The position numbers and the translations under genes were made by a program. Source: Eledone cirrhosa (taxonomy: Eukaryota). Taken from it: 64,000 nucleotides of DNA. The DNA is taken from the NCBI GenBank assembly GCA_964016885.1, contig OZ024754.1, positions 16,430,001 through 16,494,000 on the forward strand, in the 5' to 3' direction. This document shows positions 30,001 to 45,000 of this stretch, in pieces. The notes under the pieces are model-generated. The model did not search any database. It was not told the origin of the DNA and saw nothing but the letters and a program-made list of their open reading frames with translations. Position 1 is the stretch's first letter. Every line of letters begins with the position of its first letter.

Positions 30001-33000
30001 AACTTCGTCAGAGAAAATTTTTTCTTTAGATTTATAACTTGGTCAGAGAAAATCATTTCTTTAGGTTTATAACTTGGTCAGAGAAAATCCTTTCTTTAGG
30101 TTTAGAACATGGTCAGAGAAAATCCTTTCTTTACATTTATAACTCGGTCAGAGAAAATCCTTTCTTCAGGTTTATAACTTGGTCAGAGAAAATCCTTTCT
30201 TTAGGTTTATAACTTCGTCAGAGAAAATCCTTTCTTTAGATTTATAAAATGGTGAAAAAAAATCCTTTTTTTAGTTTTATAACTTGGTCATAGAAAATCT
30301 TCTCTTTAGGTTTATAACTCTGTGAGAAAATCCTTTCTATAGGTATATAACTTGGTCAGAGAAAATCCTTTCTTTAGATTTATAACTTGGTGAGAGCAAA
30401 TCCTTTTCTTTAGGTATATAACTTCGTCAGAGAAAATCCTTTCTTTAGGTTTATAACTTGGTCAGATAAAATCCTTTCTTTAGACTTATAACTTGGTCAG
30501 AGAAAATCCTTTCTTTAGATTTATAACTTTGTCAGAGAAAATCCTATCTTTAGATTTGTAACTTGGTCAGAGAAAATCCTTTCTTTAGATTTATAACTTG
30601 GTCAGAGAAAATCCTTTCTTTAGATTTATAACTTGGTCAGAGAAAATCCTTTCTTTATGTTCATAACTTGGTCAGAGAAAATCCTTTCTTTAGATTTATA
30701 ACTTGGTGAGAGCAAATCCTTTTCTTTAGGTTTATAACTTCGTCAGAGAAAATCCTTTCTTTAGGTTTATAACTTGGTCAGATAAAATCCTTTCTTTAGG
30801 TTTATAACTTGGTCAAAGAAAATCCTTTTTTTAGGTTTATAACTTGGTCAGATAAAATCCTTTCTTTAGGTTTATAACTTGGTCAGAGAAAATCCTTTCT
30901 TCAGATTTATAACATGGTCAGAGAAAATCCTTTATTTAGATTTATAACTGGGTCAGAGAAAATCCTGTCTTTAGATTCATAACTTGGTCAAAGAAAATCC
31001 TTTCTTTAGACTTATAACTTGGCCAGAGAAAATCCTTTCTTCAGATTTATAACTTGGTCAGAGAAAATCCTTTCTTTAGGTTTATAACTTGGTCAGAGAA
31101 AATCATTCCTTTAGCTTTATAACCTGATGAGAAAATCCTTTCTTTAGATTTATAATTTTGTCACTGAAAATCCTTTCTTTAGTTTTATAACTTGGTCAGA
31201 GAAAATCCTTTTTTTAGACTTATAACTTGGTCATAGAAAATCTTCTCTTTAGGTTTATAACTCTGTGAGAAAATCCTTTCTATAGGTATATAACTTGGTC
31301 AGAGAAAATCCTTTCTTCAGATTTATCACTTGGTCAGAGTAAATCATTTCTTTAGATTTATAAATGGGTCAGAGAAAATCCTTTCATTAGGTTTCTAACT
31401 TGGTCAGAGAAATTCCTTTCTTTAGGTTTATAACTTAGTCAGAGAAAACCCTTTCTTTAGATTCATAACTGGGTCAGAGAAAATCCTTTCTTTAGGTTTA
31501 TAACTTGATCAGAGAAAATCCTTTGTTGAGGTTTATAACTTTGTCAGAGAAAATCATTTCTTTAGATCTATAACTTGGTCAGAGAAAATCCTTTCTTTAG
31601 ATTTATAACTTGGTCAGAGAAATCCCTTTCTTTAGGTTTATAACTTGGTCAGAGAAATCCCTTTCTTTAGGTTTATAACTTGGTGAGAATTTCCTTTCTT
31701 TAGATTTATAACTTGTTCAGAGAGAATCCTTTCTTCAGATTTATAACTTCGTCATAGAAAATCCTTTCTTTAGATTTATAACTTGGTCAGAGAAAATCCT
31801 TTCTTTAGATTTATAATATGGTCAGAGAAAATCCTTTCTTCAGATTTATAACTTGGTCAGAGAAAATCCTTTCTTCAGATATATAACTTGGTCAGAGAAA
31901 ATCCTTTCTTTAGGTTTATAACTTGGTCAGAGAAAATCCTTCCTTTAGCTTTATAACCTGGTGAGAAAATCCTTTCTTTAGATTTATAATTTTGTCAGAG
32001 AAAATCCTTTCTTTAGTTTTATAACTTGGTCAGAGAAAATCCTTTTTTTAGATTTATAACTTGGTCATAGAAAATCATCTCTTTAGGTTTATAACTCTGT
32101 GAGAAAATTCTTTATTTAGATTTATAACTTGGTCAGAGAAAATCCTTTCTTTAGGTTTATAACTTGGTCAGAGAAAATCCTTTCTATAGGTTATTAATTT
32201 GGTCAGAGAAAATCCTTTCTTCAGATTTATAACTTGGTCAGAGTAAATCATTTCTTCAGATTTATAAATGGGCCAGAGAAAATCCTTTCATTAGGTTTCT
32301 AACTTGGTCAGAGAAATTCCTTTCTTTAGGTTTCTAACTTGGTCATAGAAAATCCTTTCTTCAGACTTATAACTTGGTCAGAGAAAATCCTTCTTCAGAT
32401 TTATCACTTGGTCAGAGAAAATCCTTAATTAGATTCATAACTGGGTCAGAGAAAATCCTTTCTTTAGGTTTATAACTTGATCAGAGAAAATCCTTTCTTT
32501 AGGTTTATAACTTTGTCAGAGAAAATCATCTCTTTAGATCTATAACTTGGTCAGAGAAAATCCTTTCTTTAGATTTATAACCTGGTCAGAGAAATCCCTT
32601 TCTTTAGGTTTATAACTTGGTGAGAAATTCCTTTCTTTACGTTTATAATATGGTCAGAGAAAATCCTTTCTGTAGGTTTATAACTCTGTGAAAAAATTCT
32701 TTATTTAGATTTATAACTCGGTCAGAGAAAATCCATTCTTTACGTTTATAACTTGTTCAGAGAAATTCCTTTCTATAGGTTTATAACTTGGTCAGAGAAA
32801 ATCCTTTCTTCGGATTTATCACTTGGTCAGAGTAAATCATTTCCTCAGATTTGTATATGGGTCAGAGAAATCCTTTCATTAGGTTTCTAACTTGGTCAGA
32901 GAAATCCTTTCATTAGGTTTCTAACTTGGTCAGAGAAATTCCTTTCTTTAGGTTTATAACTTGGTCAGAGAAAATCCTTCCTTTAGCTTTATAACCTGGT

Positions 33001-36000
33001 GAGAAAATCCTTTCTTTAGATTTATAATTTTGTCAGAGAAAATCCTTTCTTTAGTTTTATAACTTGGTCAGAGAAAATCCTTTTTTTAGATTTATAACTT
33101 GGTCATAGAAAATCATCTCTTTAGGTTTATAACTCTGTGAGAAAATTCTTTATTTAGATTTATAACATGGTCAGAGAAAATCCATTATTTACGTTTATAA
33201 CTTGGTCAGAGAAAATCCTTTCTATAGGTTTATAACTTGGTCAGAGAAAATCCTTTCTTCGGATTTATCACTTGGTCAGAGTAAATCATTTCCTCAGATT
33301 TGTAAATGGGTCAGAGAAAATCCTTTCATTAGGTTTCTAACTTGGTCAGAGAAATTCCTTTCTTTAGGTTTATAACTTAGTCAGAGAAAACCCTTTCTTT
33401 AGATTCATAACTGGGTCAGAGAAAATCCTTTCTTTAGGTTTATAACTTGATCAGAGAAAATCCTTTGTTGAGGTTTATAACTTTGTCAGAGAAAATCATT
33501 TCTTTAGATCTATAACTTGGTCAGAGAAAATCCTTTCTTTAGATTTATAACTTGGTCAGAGAAATCCCTTTCTTTAGGTTTATAACTTGGTCAGAGAAAT
33601 CCCTTTCTTTAGGTTTATAACTTGGTGAGAATTTCCTTTCTTTAGATTTATAACTTGTTCAGAGAGAATCCTTTCTTCAGATTTATAACTTCGTCATAGA
33701 AAATCCTTTCTTTAGATTTATAACTTGGTCAGAGAAAATCCTTTCTTTAGATTTATAATATGGTCAGAGAAAATCCTTTCTTCAGATTTATAACTTGGTC
33801 AGAGAAAATCCTTTCTTCAGATATATAACTTGGTCAGAGAAAATCCTTTCTTTAGGTTTATAACTTGGTCAGAGAAAATCCTTCCTTTAGCTTTATAACC
33901 TGGTGAGAAAATCCTTTCTTTAGATTTATAATTTTGTCAGAGAAAATCCTTTCTTTAGTTTTATAACTTGGTCAGAGAAAATCCTTTTTTTAGATTTATA
34001 ACTTGGTCATAGAAAATCATCTCTTTAGGTTTATAACTCTGTGAGAAAATTCTTTATTTAGATTTATAACTTGGTCAGAGAAAATCCTTTCTTTAGGTTT
34101 ATAACTTGGTCAGAGAAAATCCTTTCTATAGGTTATTAATTTGGTCAGAGAAAATCCTTTCTTCAGATTTATAACTTGGTCAGAGTAAATCATTTCTTCA
34201 GATTTATAAATGGGCCAGAGAAAATCCTTTCATTAGGTTTCTAACTTGGTCAGAGAAATTCCTTTCTTTAGGTTTCTAACTTGGTCATAGAAAATCCTTT
34301 CTTCAGACTTATAACTTGGTCAGAGAAAATCCTTCTTCAGATTTATCACTTGGTCAGAGAAAATCCTTAATTAGATTCATAACTGGGTCAGAGAAAATCC
34401 TTTCTTTAGGTTTATAACTTGATCAGAGAAAATCCTTTCTTTAGGTTTATAACTTTGTCAGAGAAAATCATCTCTTTAGATCTATAACTTGGTCAGAGAA
34501 AATCCTTTCTTTAGATTTATAACCTGGTCAGAGAAATCCCTTTCTTTAGGTTTATAACTTGGTGAGAAATTCCTTTCTTTACGTTTATAATATGGTCAGA
34601 GAAAATCCTTTCTGTAGGTTTATAACTCTGTGAAAAAATTCTTTATTTAGATTTATAACTCGGTCAGAGAAAATCCATTCTTTACGTTTATAACTTGTTC
34701 AGAGAAATTCCTTTCTATAGGTTTATAACTTGGTCAGAGAAAATCCTTTCTTCGGATTTATCACTTGGTCAGAGTAAATCATTTCCTCAGATTTGTATAT
34801 GGGTCAGAGAAATCCTTTCATTAGGTTTCTAACTTGGTCAGAGAAATCCTTTCATTAGGTTTCTAACTTGGTCAGAGAAATTCCTTTCTTTAGGTTTATA
34901 ACTTGGTCAGAGAAAATCCTTCCTTTAGCTTTATAACCTGGTGAGAAAATCCTTTCTTTAGATTTATAATTTTGTCAGAGAAAATCCTTTCTTTAGTTTT
35001 ATAACTTGGTCAGAGAAAATCCTTTTTTTAGATTTATAACTTGGTCATAGAAAATCATCTCTTTAGGTTTATAACTCTGTGAGAAAATTCTTTATTTAGA
35101 TTTATAACATGGTCAGAGAAAATCCATTATTTACGTTTATAACTTGGTCAGAGAAAATCCTTTCTATAGGTTTATAACTTGGTCAGAGAAAATCCTTTCT
35201 TCGGATTTATCACTTGGTCAGAGTAAATCATTTCCTCAGATTTGTAAATGGGTCAGAGAAATCCTTTCATTAGGTTTCTAACTTGGTCAGAGAAATTCCT
35301 TTCTTTAGGTTTATAACTTGGTCATAGAAAATCCTTTCTTCAGATTTATAACTTGGTCAGAGAAAATCCTTCTTCAGATTTATCACTTGGTCAGAGAAAA
35401 TCCTTAATTAGATTCATAACTGGGTCAGAGAAAATCCTTTCTTTAGGTTTATAACTTTGTCAGAGAAAATCATTTCTTCAGATTTATATCTTGGTCAGAG
35501 AAAATCCTTTCTTTAGATTTATAACTTGGTCAGAGAAATCCCTTTCTTTAGGTTTATAACTTGGTGAGAAATTCCTTTCTTTACGTTTATAACATGGTCA
35601 GAGAAAATACTTTCTTTATGTTTATAACTTGGTTTGAAAATCCTTTCTTTAGATTTATAACTTGTTCAGAGAGAATCATTTCTTCAGATTTATAACTTCG
35701 TCAGAGAAAATTTTTTCTTTAGATTTATAACTTGGTCAGAGAAAATCATTTCTTTAGGTTTATAACTTGGTCAGAGAAAATCCTTTCTTTAGGTTTAGAA
35801 CATGGTCAGAGAAAATCCTTTCTTTACATTTATAACTTGGTCAGAGAAAATCCTTTCTTCAGGTTTATAACTTGGTCAGAGAAAATCCTTTCTTTAGGTT
35901 TATAACTTCGTCAGAGAAAATCCTTTCTTTAGATTTATAAAATGGTGAAAAAAAATCCTTTTTTTAGTTTTATAACTTGGTCATAGAAAATCTTCTCTTT

Positions 36001-39000
36001 AGGTTTATAACTCTGTGAGAAAATCCTTTCTATAGGTATATAACTTGGTCAGAGAAAATCCTTTCTTTAGATTTATAACTTGGTGAGAGCAAATCCTTTT
36101 CTTTAGGTATATAACTTCGTCAGAGAAAATCCTTTCTTTAGGTTTATAACTTGGTCAGATAAAATCCTTTCTTTAGACTTATAACTTGGTCAGAGAAAAT
36201 CCTTTCTTTAGATTTATAACTTTGTCAGAGAAAATCCTATCTTTAGATTTGTAACTTGGTCAGAGAAAATCCTTTTTTTAGATTTATAACTTGGTCATAG
36301 AAAATCTTCTCTTTAGGTTCATAACTCTGTGCGAAAATCCTTTCTATAGGTGTATAACTTGGTCAGAGAAAATCCTTTCTTCAGATTTATCACTTGGTCA
36401 GAGTAAATCATTTCTTTAGATTTATAAATGGGTCAGAGAAAATCCTTTCTTTAGGTTTCTAACTTGGTCAGAGAAATTCCTTTCTTTAGGTTTATAACTT
36501 AGTCAGAGAAAATCCTTTCTTTAGATTTATAACTGGGTCAGAGAAAATCCTTCTCCAGATTTATCACTTGGTCAGAGAAAATCCTTAATTAGATTCATAA
36601 CTGGGTCAGAGAAAATCCTTTCTTTAGGTTTATAACTTGATCAGAGAAAATCCTTTCTTTAGGTTTATAACTTTGTCAGAGAAAATCATCTCTTTAGATC
36701 TATAACTTGGTCAGAGAAAATCCTTTCTTTAGATTTATAACCTGGTCAGAGAAATCCCTTTCTTTAGGTTTATAACTTGGTGAGAAATTCCTTTCTTTAC
36801 GTTCATAATATGGTCAGAGAAAATCCTTTCTGTAGGTTTATAACTCTGTGAAAAAATTCTTTATTTAGATTTATAACTCGGTCAGAGAAAATCCATTCTT
36901 TACGTTTATAACTTGTTCAGAGAAATTCCTTTCTATAGGTTTATAACTTGGTCAGAGAAAATCCTTTCTTCGGATTTATCACTTGGTCAGAGTAAATCAT
37001 TTCCTCAGATTTGTATATGGGTCAGAGAAATCCTTTCATTAGGTTTCTAACTTGGTCAGAGAAATCCTTTCATTAGGTTTCTAACTTGGTCAGAGAAATT
37101 CCTTTCTTTAGGTTTATAACTTGGTCAGAGAAAATCCTTCCTTTAGCTTTATAACCTGGTGAGAAAATCCTTTCTTTAGATTTATAATTTTGTCAGAGAA
37201 AATCCTTTCTTTAGTTTTATAACTTGGTCAGAGAAAATCCTTTTTTTAGATTTATAACTTGGTCATAGAAAATCATCTCTTTAGGTTTATAACTCTGTGA
37301 GAAAATTCTTTATTTAGATTTATAACATGGTCAGAGAAAATCAATTATTTACGTTTATAACTTGGTCAGAGAAAATCCTTTCTATAGGTTTATAACTTGG
37401 TCAGAGAAAATCCTTTCTTCGGATTTATCACTTGGTCAGAGTAAATCATTTCCTCAGATTTGTAAATGGGTCAGAGAAATCCTTTCATTAGGTTTCTAAC
37501 TTGGTCAGAGAAATTCCTTTCTTTAGGTTTATAACTTGGTCATAGAAAATCCTTTCTTCAGATTTATAACTTGGTCAGAGAAAATCCTTCTTCAGATTTA
37601 TCACTTGGTCAGAGAAAATCCTTAATTAGATTCATAACTGGGTCAGAGAAAATCCTTTCTTTAGGTTTATAACTTTGTCAGAGAAAATCATTTCTTCAGA
37701 TTTATAACTTGGTCAGAGAAAATCCTTTCTTTAGATTTATAACTTGGTCAGAGAAATCCCTTTCTTTAGGTTTATAACTTGGCGAGAAATTCCTTTCTTT
37801 ACGTTTATAACATGGTCAGAGAAAATACTTTCTTTATGTTTATAACTTGGTTTGAAAATCCTTTCTTTAGATTTATAACTTGTTCAGAGAGAATCATTTC
37901 TTCAGATTTATAACTTCGTCAGAGAAAATTTTTTCTTTAGATTTATAACTTGGTCAGAGAAAATCATTTCTTTAGGTTTATAACTTGGTCAGAGAAAATC
38001 CTTTCTTTAGGTTTATAACTTCGTCAGAGAAAATCCTTTCTTTAGATTTATAAAATGGTGAAAAAAATCCTTTTTTTAGTTTTATAACTTGGTCATAGAA
38101 AATCTTCTCTTTAGGTTTATAACTCTGTGAGAAAATCCTTTCTATAGGTATATAACTTGGTCAGAGAAAATCCTTTCTTTAGATTTATAACTTGGTGAGA
38201 GCAAATCCTTTTCTTTAGGTATATAACTTCGTCAGAGAAAATCCTTTCTTTAGGTTTATAACTTGGTCAGATAAAATCCTTTCTTTAGACTTATAACTTG
38301 GTCAGAGAAAATCCTTTCTTTAGATTTATAACTTTGTCAGCGAAAATCCTATCTTTAGATTTGTAACTTGGTCAGAGAAAATCCTTTCTTTAGATTTATA
38401 ACTTGGTCAGAGAAAATCCTTTCTTTAGATTTATAACTTGGTCAGAGAAAATCCTTTCTTTATGTTCATAACTTGGTCAGAGAAAATCCTTTCTTTAGAT
38501 TTATAACTTGGTGAGAGCAAATCCTTTTCTTTAGGTTTATAACTTCGTCAGAGAAAATCCTTTCTTTAGGTTTATAACTTGGTCAGATAAAATCCTTTCT
38601 TTAGGTTTATAACTTGGTCAAAGAAAATCCTTTCTTTAGGTTTATAACTTGGTCAGATAAAATCCTTTCTTTAGGTTTATAACTTGGTCAGAGAAAATCC
38701 TTTCTTCAGATTTATAACATGGTCAGAGAAAATCCTTTATTTAGATTTATAACTGGGTCAGAGAAAATCCTGTCTTTAGATTCATAACTTGGTCAAAGAA
38801 AATCCTTTCTTTAGACTTATAACTTGGCCAGAGAAAATCCTTTCTTCAGATTTATAACTTGGTCAGAGAAAATCCTTTCTTTAGGTTTATAACTTGGTCA
38901 GAGAAAATCATTCCTTTAGCTTTATAACCTGATGAGAAAATCCTTTCTTTAGATTTATAATTTTGTCACTGAAAATCCTTTCTTTAGTTTTATAACTTGG

Positions 39001-42000
39001 TCAGAGAAAATCCTTTTTTTAGACTTATAACTTGGTCATAGAAAATCTTCTCTTTAGGTTTATAACTCTGTGAGAAAATCCTTTCTATAGGTATATAACT
39101 TGGTCAGAGAAAATCCTTTCTTCAGATTTATCACTTGGTCAGAGTAAATCATTTCTTTAGATTTATAAATGGGTCAGAGAAAATCCTTTCATTAGGTTTC
39201 TAACTTGGTCAGAGAAATTCCTTTATTTAGGTTTATAACTTAGTCAGAGAAAACCCTTTCTTTAGATTCATAACTGGGTCAGAGAAAATCCTTTCTTTAG
39301 GTTTATAACTTGATCAGAGAAAACTCCTTTGTTTAGGTTTATAACTTTGTCAGAGAAAATCATTTCTTTAGATCTATAACTTGGTCAGAGAAAATCCTTT
39401 CTTTAGATTTATAACTTGGTCAGAGAAATCCCTTTCTTTAGGTTTATAACTTGGTCAGAGAAATCCCTTTCTTTAGGTTTATAACTTGGTGAGAATTTCC
39501 TTTCTTTAGATTTATAACTTGTTCAGAGAGAATCCTTTCTTCAGATTTATAACTTCGTCATAGAAAATCCTTTCTTTAGATTTATAACTTGGTCAGAGAA
39601 AATCCTTTCTTTAGATTTATAATATGGTCAGAGAAAATCCTTTCTTTAGATTTATAACTTGGTCAGAGAAAATCCTTTCTTCAGATATATAACTTGGTCA
39701 GAGAAAATCCTTTCTTTAGGTTTATAACTTGGTCAGAGAAAATCCTTCCTTTAGCTTTATAACCTGGTGAGAAAATCCTTTCTTTAGATTTATAATTTTG
39801 TCAGAGAAAATCCTTTCTTTAGTTTTATAACTTGGTCAGAGAAAATCCTTTTTTTAGATTTATAACTTGGTCATAGAAAATCATCTCTTTAGGTTTATAA
39901 CTCTGTGAGAAAATTCTTTATTTAGATTTATAACTTGGTCAGAGAAAATCCTTTCTTTAGGTTTATAACTTGGTCAGAGAAAATCCTTTCTTCAGATTTA
40001 TAACTTGGTCAGAGTAAATCATTTCTTCAGATTTATAAATGGGCCAGAGAAAATCCTTTCATTAGGTTTGTAACTTGGTCATAGAAAATCCTTTCTTCAG
40101 ACTTATAACTTGGTCAGAGAAAATCCTTCTTCAGATATATAACTTGGTCAGAGAAAATCCTTTGTTTAGGTTTATAACTTTGTCAGAGAAAATCATTTCT
40201 TTAGATCTATAACTTGGTCAGAGAAAATCCTTTCTTTAGATTTGTAACTTGGTCAGAGAAATCCCTTTCTTTAGGTTTATAACTTGATCAGTGAAAATCC
40301 TTTCTTTAGGTTTATAACTTGGTGAGAAATTCCTTTCTTTACGTTTATAATATGGTCAGAGAAAATCCTTTCTTAATGTTTATAACTTGCTTTGAAAATC
40401 CTTTCTTTAGATTTATAACTTGTTCAGAGAGAATCCTTTCTTCAGATTTATAACTTCGTCAGAGAAAATCCTTTCTTTAGATTTATAACTTGGTCAGAGA
40501 AAATCCTTTCTTTAGGTTTATAACTTGGTCAGAGAATATCATTTCTTTAGGTTTATAACTTGGTCAGAGAAAATCATTTCTTTAGGTCTATAACTTGGTC
40601 AGAGAAAATCCTTTCTTTAGGTTTAGAACATGGTCAGAGAAAATCCTTTCTTTAGATTTATAACTTGGTCAGATAAAATTCTTTCTTTAGGTCTATAACT
40701 TGGTCAGAGAAAATCCTTTCTTTAGGTTTATAACTTGGTCAGAGAAAATCCTTTCTTTAGATTTATAACATGGTCAGAGAAAATCCTTTCTTTAGATTTA
40801 TAACTTGGTCAGAGAAAATCCTTTCTTTAGGTTTATAACTTGGTCAGAGAAAATCCTTTCTTTAGATTTATAACCTGGTCATAGAAAATCCTTTCTTTAG
40901 GTTTATAACTTGGTGAGAAAATTCTTTCTTTAGATTTATAACTTGGTCAGAGAAAATCCATTCTTTAGGTTTATAACTTGGTCAGAGAAAATCTTTTCTA
41001 TAGGTTTATAACTTGGTCAGAGAAAATCCTTTCTTCAGATTTATAACTTGGTCAGAGAAAATCCTTTCTTTAGGTTTAGAACATGGTCAGAGAAAATCCT
41101 TTCTTTAGATTTATAACTTGGTCATAGAAAATCCTTTCTTCAGATTTATAACTTGGTCAGAGAAAATCCTTTCTTCAGATTTATCACTTGGTTAGAGTAA
41201 ATAATTTCTTTAGATTTATAAATGGGTCAGAGAAAATCCTTTCTTTAGGTTTATAACTTGGTCAGAAAAAATCATTTCTTTATGTTTATAACTTGGTCAG
41301 AGAAAATCCTTTCTTTAGGTTTGTAACTTGGTCAGAGAAAATCCTTTCTTTAGATTTATAACTGGGTCAGAGAAAATTCTTTCTTAAGATTTATAACTTG
41401 GTCAGTGAAATTCCTTTCTTTAGATTTATAACTGGGTCAGAGAAAATCCTTTCTTTAGATTTATAACTTGGTCAGAGAAAATCCTTTCTTTAGGTTTATA
41501 ACTTGGTCAGAGAAAATCCTTTCTTTAGATTTATAACTTGGTCAGAGAAAATCCTTTCTTTAGATTTATAACTTGGTCAGAGAAAATCCTTTCTTTAGAA
41601 TTATAACTTGGTCAGAGAAAATCCTTTCTTTAGATTTATAACTTGGTCAGAGAAAATCCTTTCTTTAGGTTTATAACTTGGTCAGAGAAAATCCTTTCTT
41701 TAGATTTATAACTTGGTCAGAGAAAATCCTTTCTTTAGATTTATAACTTGGTCAGAGAAAATCCTTTCTTTAGATTTATAACTTGGTGAGAGCAAATCCT
41801 TTTCTTTAGGTATATAACTTCGTCAGAGAAAATCCTTTCTTTAGGTTTATAACTTGGTCAGATAAAATCCTTTCTTTAGACTTATAACTTGGTCAGAGAA
41901 AATCCTTTCTTTAGATTTATAACTTTGTCAGCGAAAATCCTATCTTTAGATTTGTAACTTGGTCAGAGAAAATCCTTTCTTTAGATTTATAACTTGGTCA

Positions 42001-45000
42001 GAGAAAATCCTTTCTTTAGATTTATAACTTGGTCAGAGAAAATCCTTTCTTTATGTTCATAACTTGGTCAGAGAAAATCCTTTCTTTAGATTTATAACTT
42101 GGTGAGAGCAAATCCTTTTCTTTAGGTTTATAACTTCGTCAGAGAAAATCCTTTCTTTAGGTTTATAACTTGGTCAGATAAAATCCTTTCTTTAGGTTTA
42201 TAACTTGGTCAAAGAAAATCCTTTCTTTAGGTTTATAACTTGGTCAGATAAAATCCTTTCTTTAGGTTTATAACTTGGTCAGAGAAAATCCTTTCTTCAG
42301 ATTTATAACATGGTCAGAGAAAATCCTTTATTTAGATTTATAACTGGGTCAGAGAAAATCCTGTCTTTAGATTCATAACTTGGTCAAAGAAAATCCTTTC
42401 TTTAGACTTATAACTTGGCCAGAGAAAATCCTTTCTTCAGATTTATAACTTGGTCAGAGAAAATCCTTTCTTTAGGTTTATAACTTGGTCAGAGAAAATC
42501 ATTCCTTTAGCTTTATAACCTGATGAGAAAATCCTTTCTTTAGATTTATAATTTTGTCACTGAAAATCCTTTCTTTAGTTTTATAACTTGGTCAGAGAAA
42601 ATCCTTTTTTTAGACTTATAACTTGGTCATAGAAAATCTTCTCTTTAGGTTTATAACTCTGTGAGAAAATCCTTTCTATAGGTATATAACTTGGTCAGAG
42701 AAAATCCTTTCTTCAGATTTATCACTTGGTCAGAGTAAATCATTTCTTTAGATTTATAAATGGGTCAGAGAAAATCCTTTCATTAGGTTTCTAACTTGGT
42801 CAGAGAAATTCCTTTATTTAGGTTTATAACTTAGTCAGAGAAAACCCTTTCTTTAGATTCATAACTGGGTCAGAGAAAATCCTTTCTTTAGGTTTATAAC
42901 TTGATCAGAGAAAACTCCTTTGTTTAGGTTTATAACTTTGTCAGAGAAAATCATTTCTTTAGATCTATAACTTGGTCAGAGAAAATCCTTTCTTTAGATT
43001 TATAACTTGGTCAGAGAAATCCCTTTCTTTAGGTTTATAACTTGGTCAGAGAAATCCCTTTCTTTAGGTTTATAACTTGGTGAGAATTTCCTTTCTTTAG
43101 ATTTATAACTTGTTCAGAGAGAATCCTTTCTTCAGATTTATAACTTCGTCATAGAAAATCCTTTCTTTAGATTTATAACTTGGTCAGAGAAAATCCTTTC
43201 TTTAGATTTATAATATGGTCAGAGAAAATCCTTTCTTTAGATTTATAACTTGGTCAGAGAAAATCCTTTCTTCAGATATATAACTTGGTCAGAGAAAATC
43301 CTTTCTTTAGGTTTATAACTTGGTCAGAGAAAATCCTTCCTTTAGCTTTATAACCTGGTGAGAAAATCCTTTCTTTAGATTTATAATTTTGTCAGAGAAA
43401 ATCCTTTCTTTAGTTTTATAACTTGGTCAGAGAAAATCCTTTTTTTAGATTTATAACTTGGTCATAGAAAATCATCTCTTTAGGTTTATAACTCTGTGAG
43501 AAAATTCTTTATTTAGATTTATAACTTGGTCAGAGAAAATCCTTTCTTTAGGTTTATAACTTGGTCAGAGAAAATCCTTTCTTCAGATTTATAACTTGGT
43601 CAGAGTAAATCATTTCTTCAGATTTATAAATGGGCCAGAGAAAATCCTTTCATTAGGTTTCTAACTTGGTCATAGAAAATCCTTTCTTCAGACTTATAAC
43701 TTGGTCAGAGAAAATCCTTCTTCAGATATATAACTTGGTCAGAGAAAATCCTTTGTTTAGGTTTATAACTTTGTCAGAGAAAATCATTTCTTTAGATCTA
43801 TAACTTGGTCAGAGAAAATCCTTTCTTTAGATTTATAACTTGGTCAGAGAAATCCCTTTCTTTAGGTTTATAACTTGATCAGTGAAAATCCTTTCTTTAG
43901 GTTTATAACTTGGTGAGAAATTCCTTTCTTTACGTTTATAATATGGTCAGAGAAAATCCTTTCTTAATGTTTATAACTTGCTTTGAAAATCCTTTCTTTA
44001 GATTTATAACTTGTTCAGAGAGAATCCTTTCTTCAGATTTATAACTTCGTCAGAGAAAATCCTTTCTTTAGATTTATAACTTGGTCAGAGAAAATCCTTT
44101 CTTTAGGTTTATAACTTGGTCAGAGAATATCATTTCTTTAGGTTTATAACTTGGTCAGAGAAAATCATTTCTTTAGGTCTATAACTTGGTCAGAGAAAAT
44201 CCTTTCTTTAGGTTTAGAACATGGTCAGAGAAAATCCTTTCTTTAGATTTATAACTTGGTCAGATAAAATTCTTTCTTTAGGTCTATAACTTGGTCAGAG
44301 AAAATCCTTTCTTTAGGTTTATAACTTGGTCAGAGAAAATCCTTTCTTTAGATTTATAACATGGTCAGAGAAAATCCTTTCTTTAGATTTATAACTTGGT
44401 CAGAGAAAATCCTTTCTTTAGGTTTATAACTTGGTCAGAGAAAATCCTTTCTTTAGATTTATAACCTGGTCATAGAAAATCCTTTCTTTAGGTTTATAAC
44501 TTGGTGAGAAAATTCTTTCTTTAGATTTATAACTTGGTCAGAGAAAATCCATTCTTTAGGTTTATAACTTGGTCAGAGAAAATCTTTTCTATAGGTTTAT
44601 AACTTGGTCAGAGAAAATCCTTTCTTCAGATTTATAACTTGGTCAGAGAAAATCCTTTCTTTAGGTTTAGAACATGGTCAGAGAAAATCCTTTCTTTAGA
44701 TTTATAACTTGGTCATAGAAAATCCTTTCTTCAGATTTATAACTTGGTCAGAGAAAATCCTTTCTTCAGATTTATCACTTGGTTAGAGTAAATAATTTCT
44801 TTAGATTTATAAATGGGTCAGAGAAAATCCTTTCTTTAGGTTTATAACTTGGTCAGAAAAAATCATTTCTTTATGTTTATAACTTGGTCAGAGAAAATCC
44901 TTTCTTTAGGTTTGTAACTTGGTCAGAGAAAATCCTTTCTTTAGATTTATAACTGGGTCAGAGAAAATTCTTTCTTAAGATTTATAACTTGGTCAGTGAA

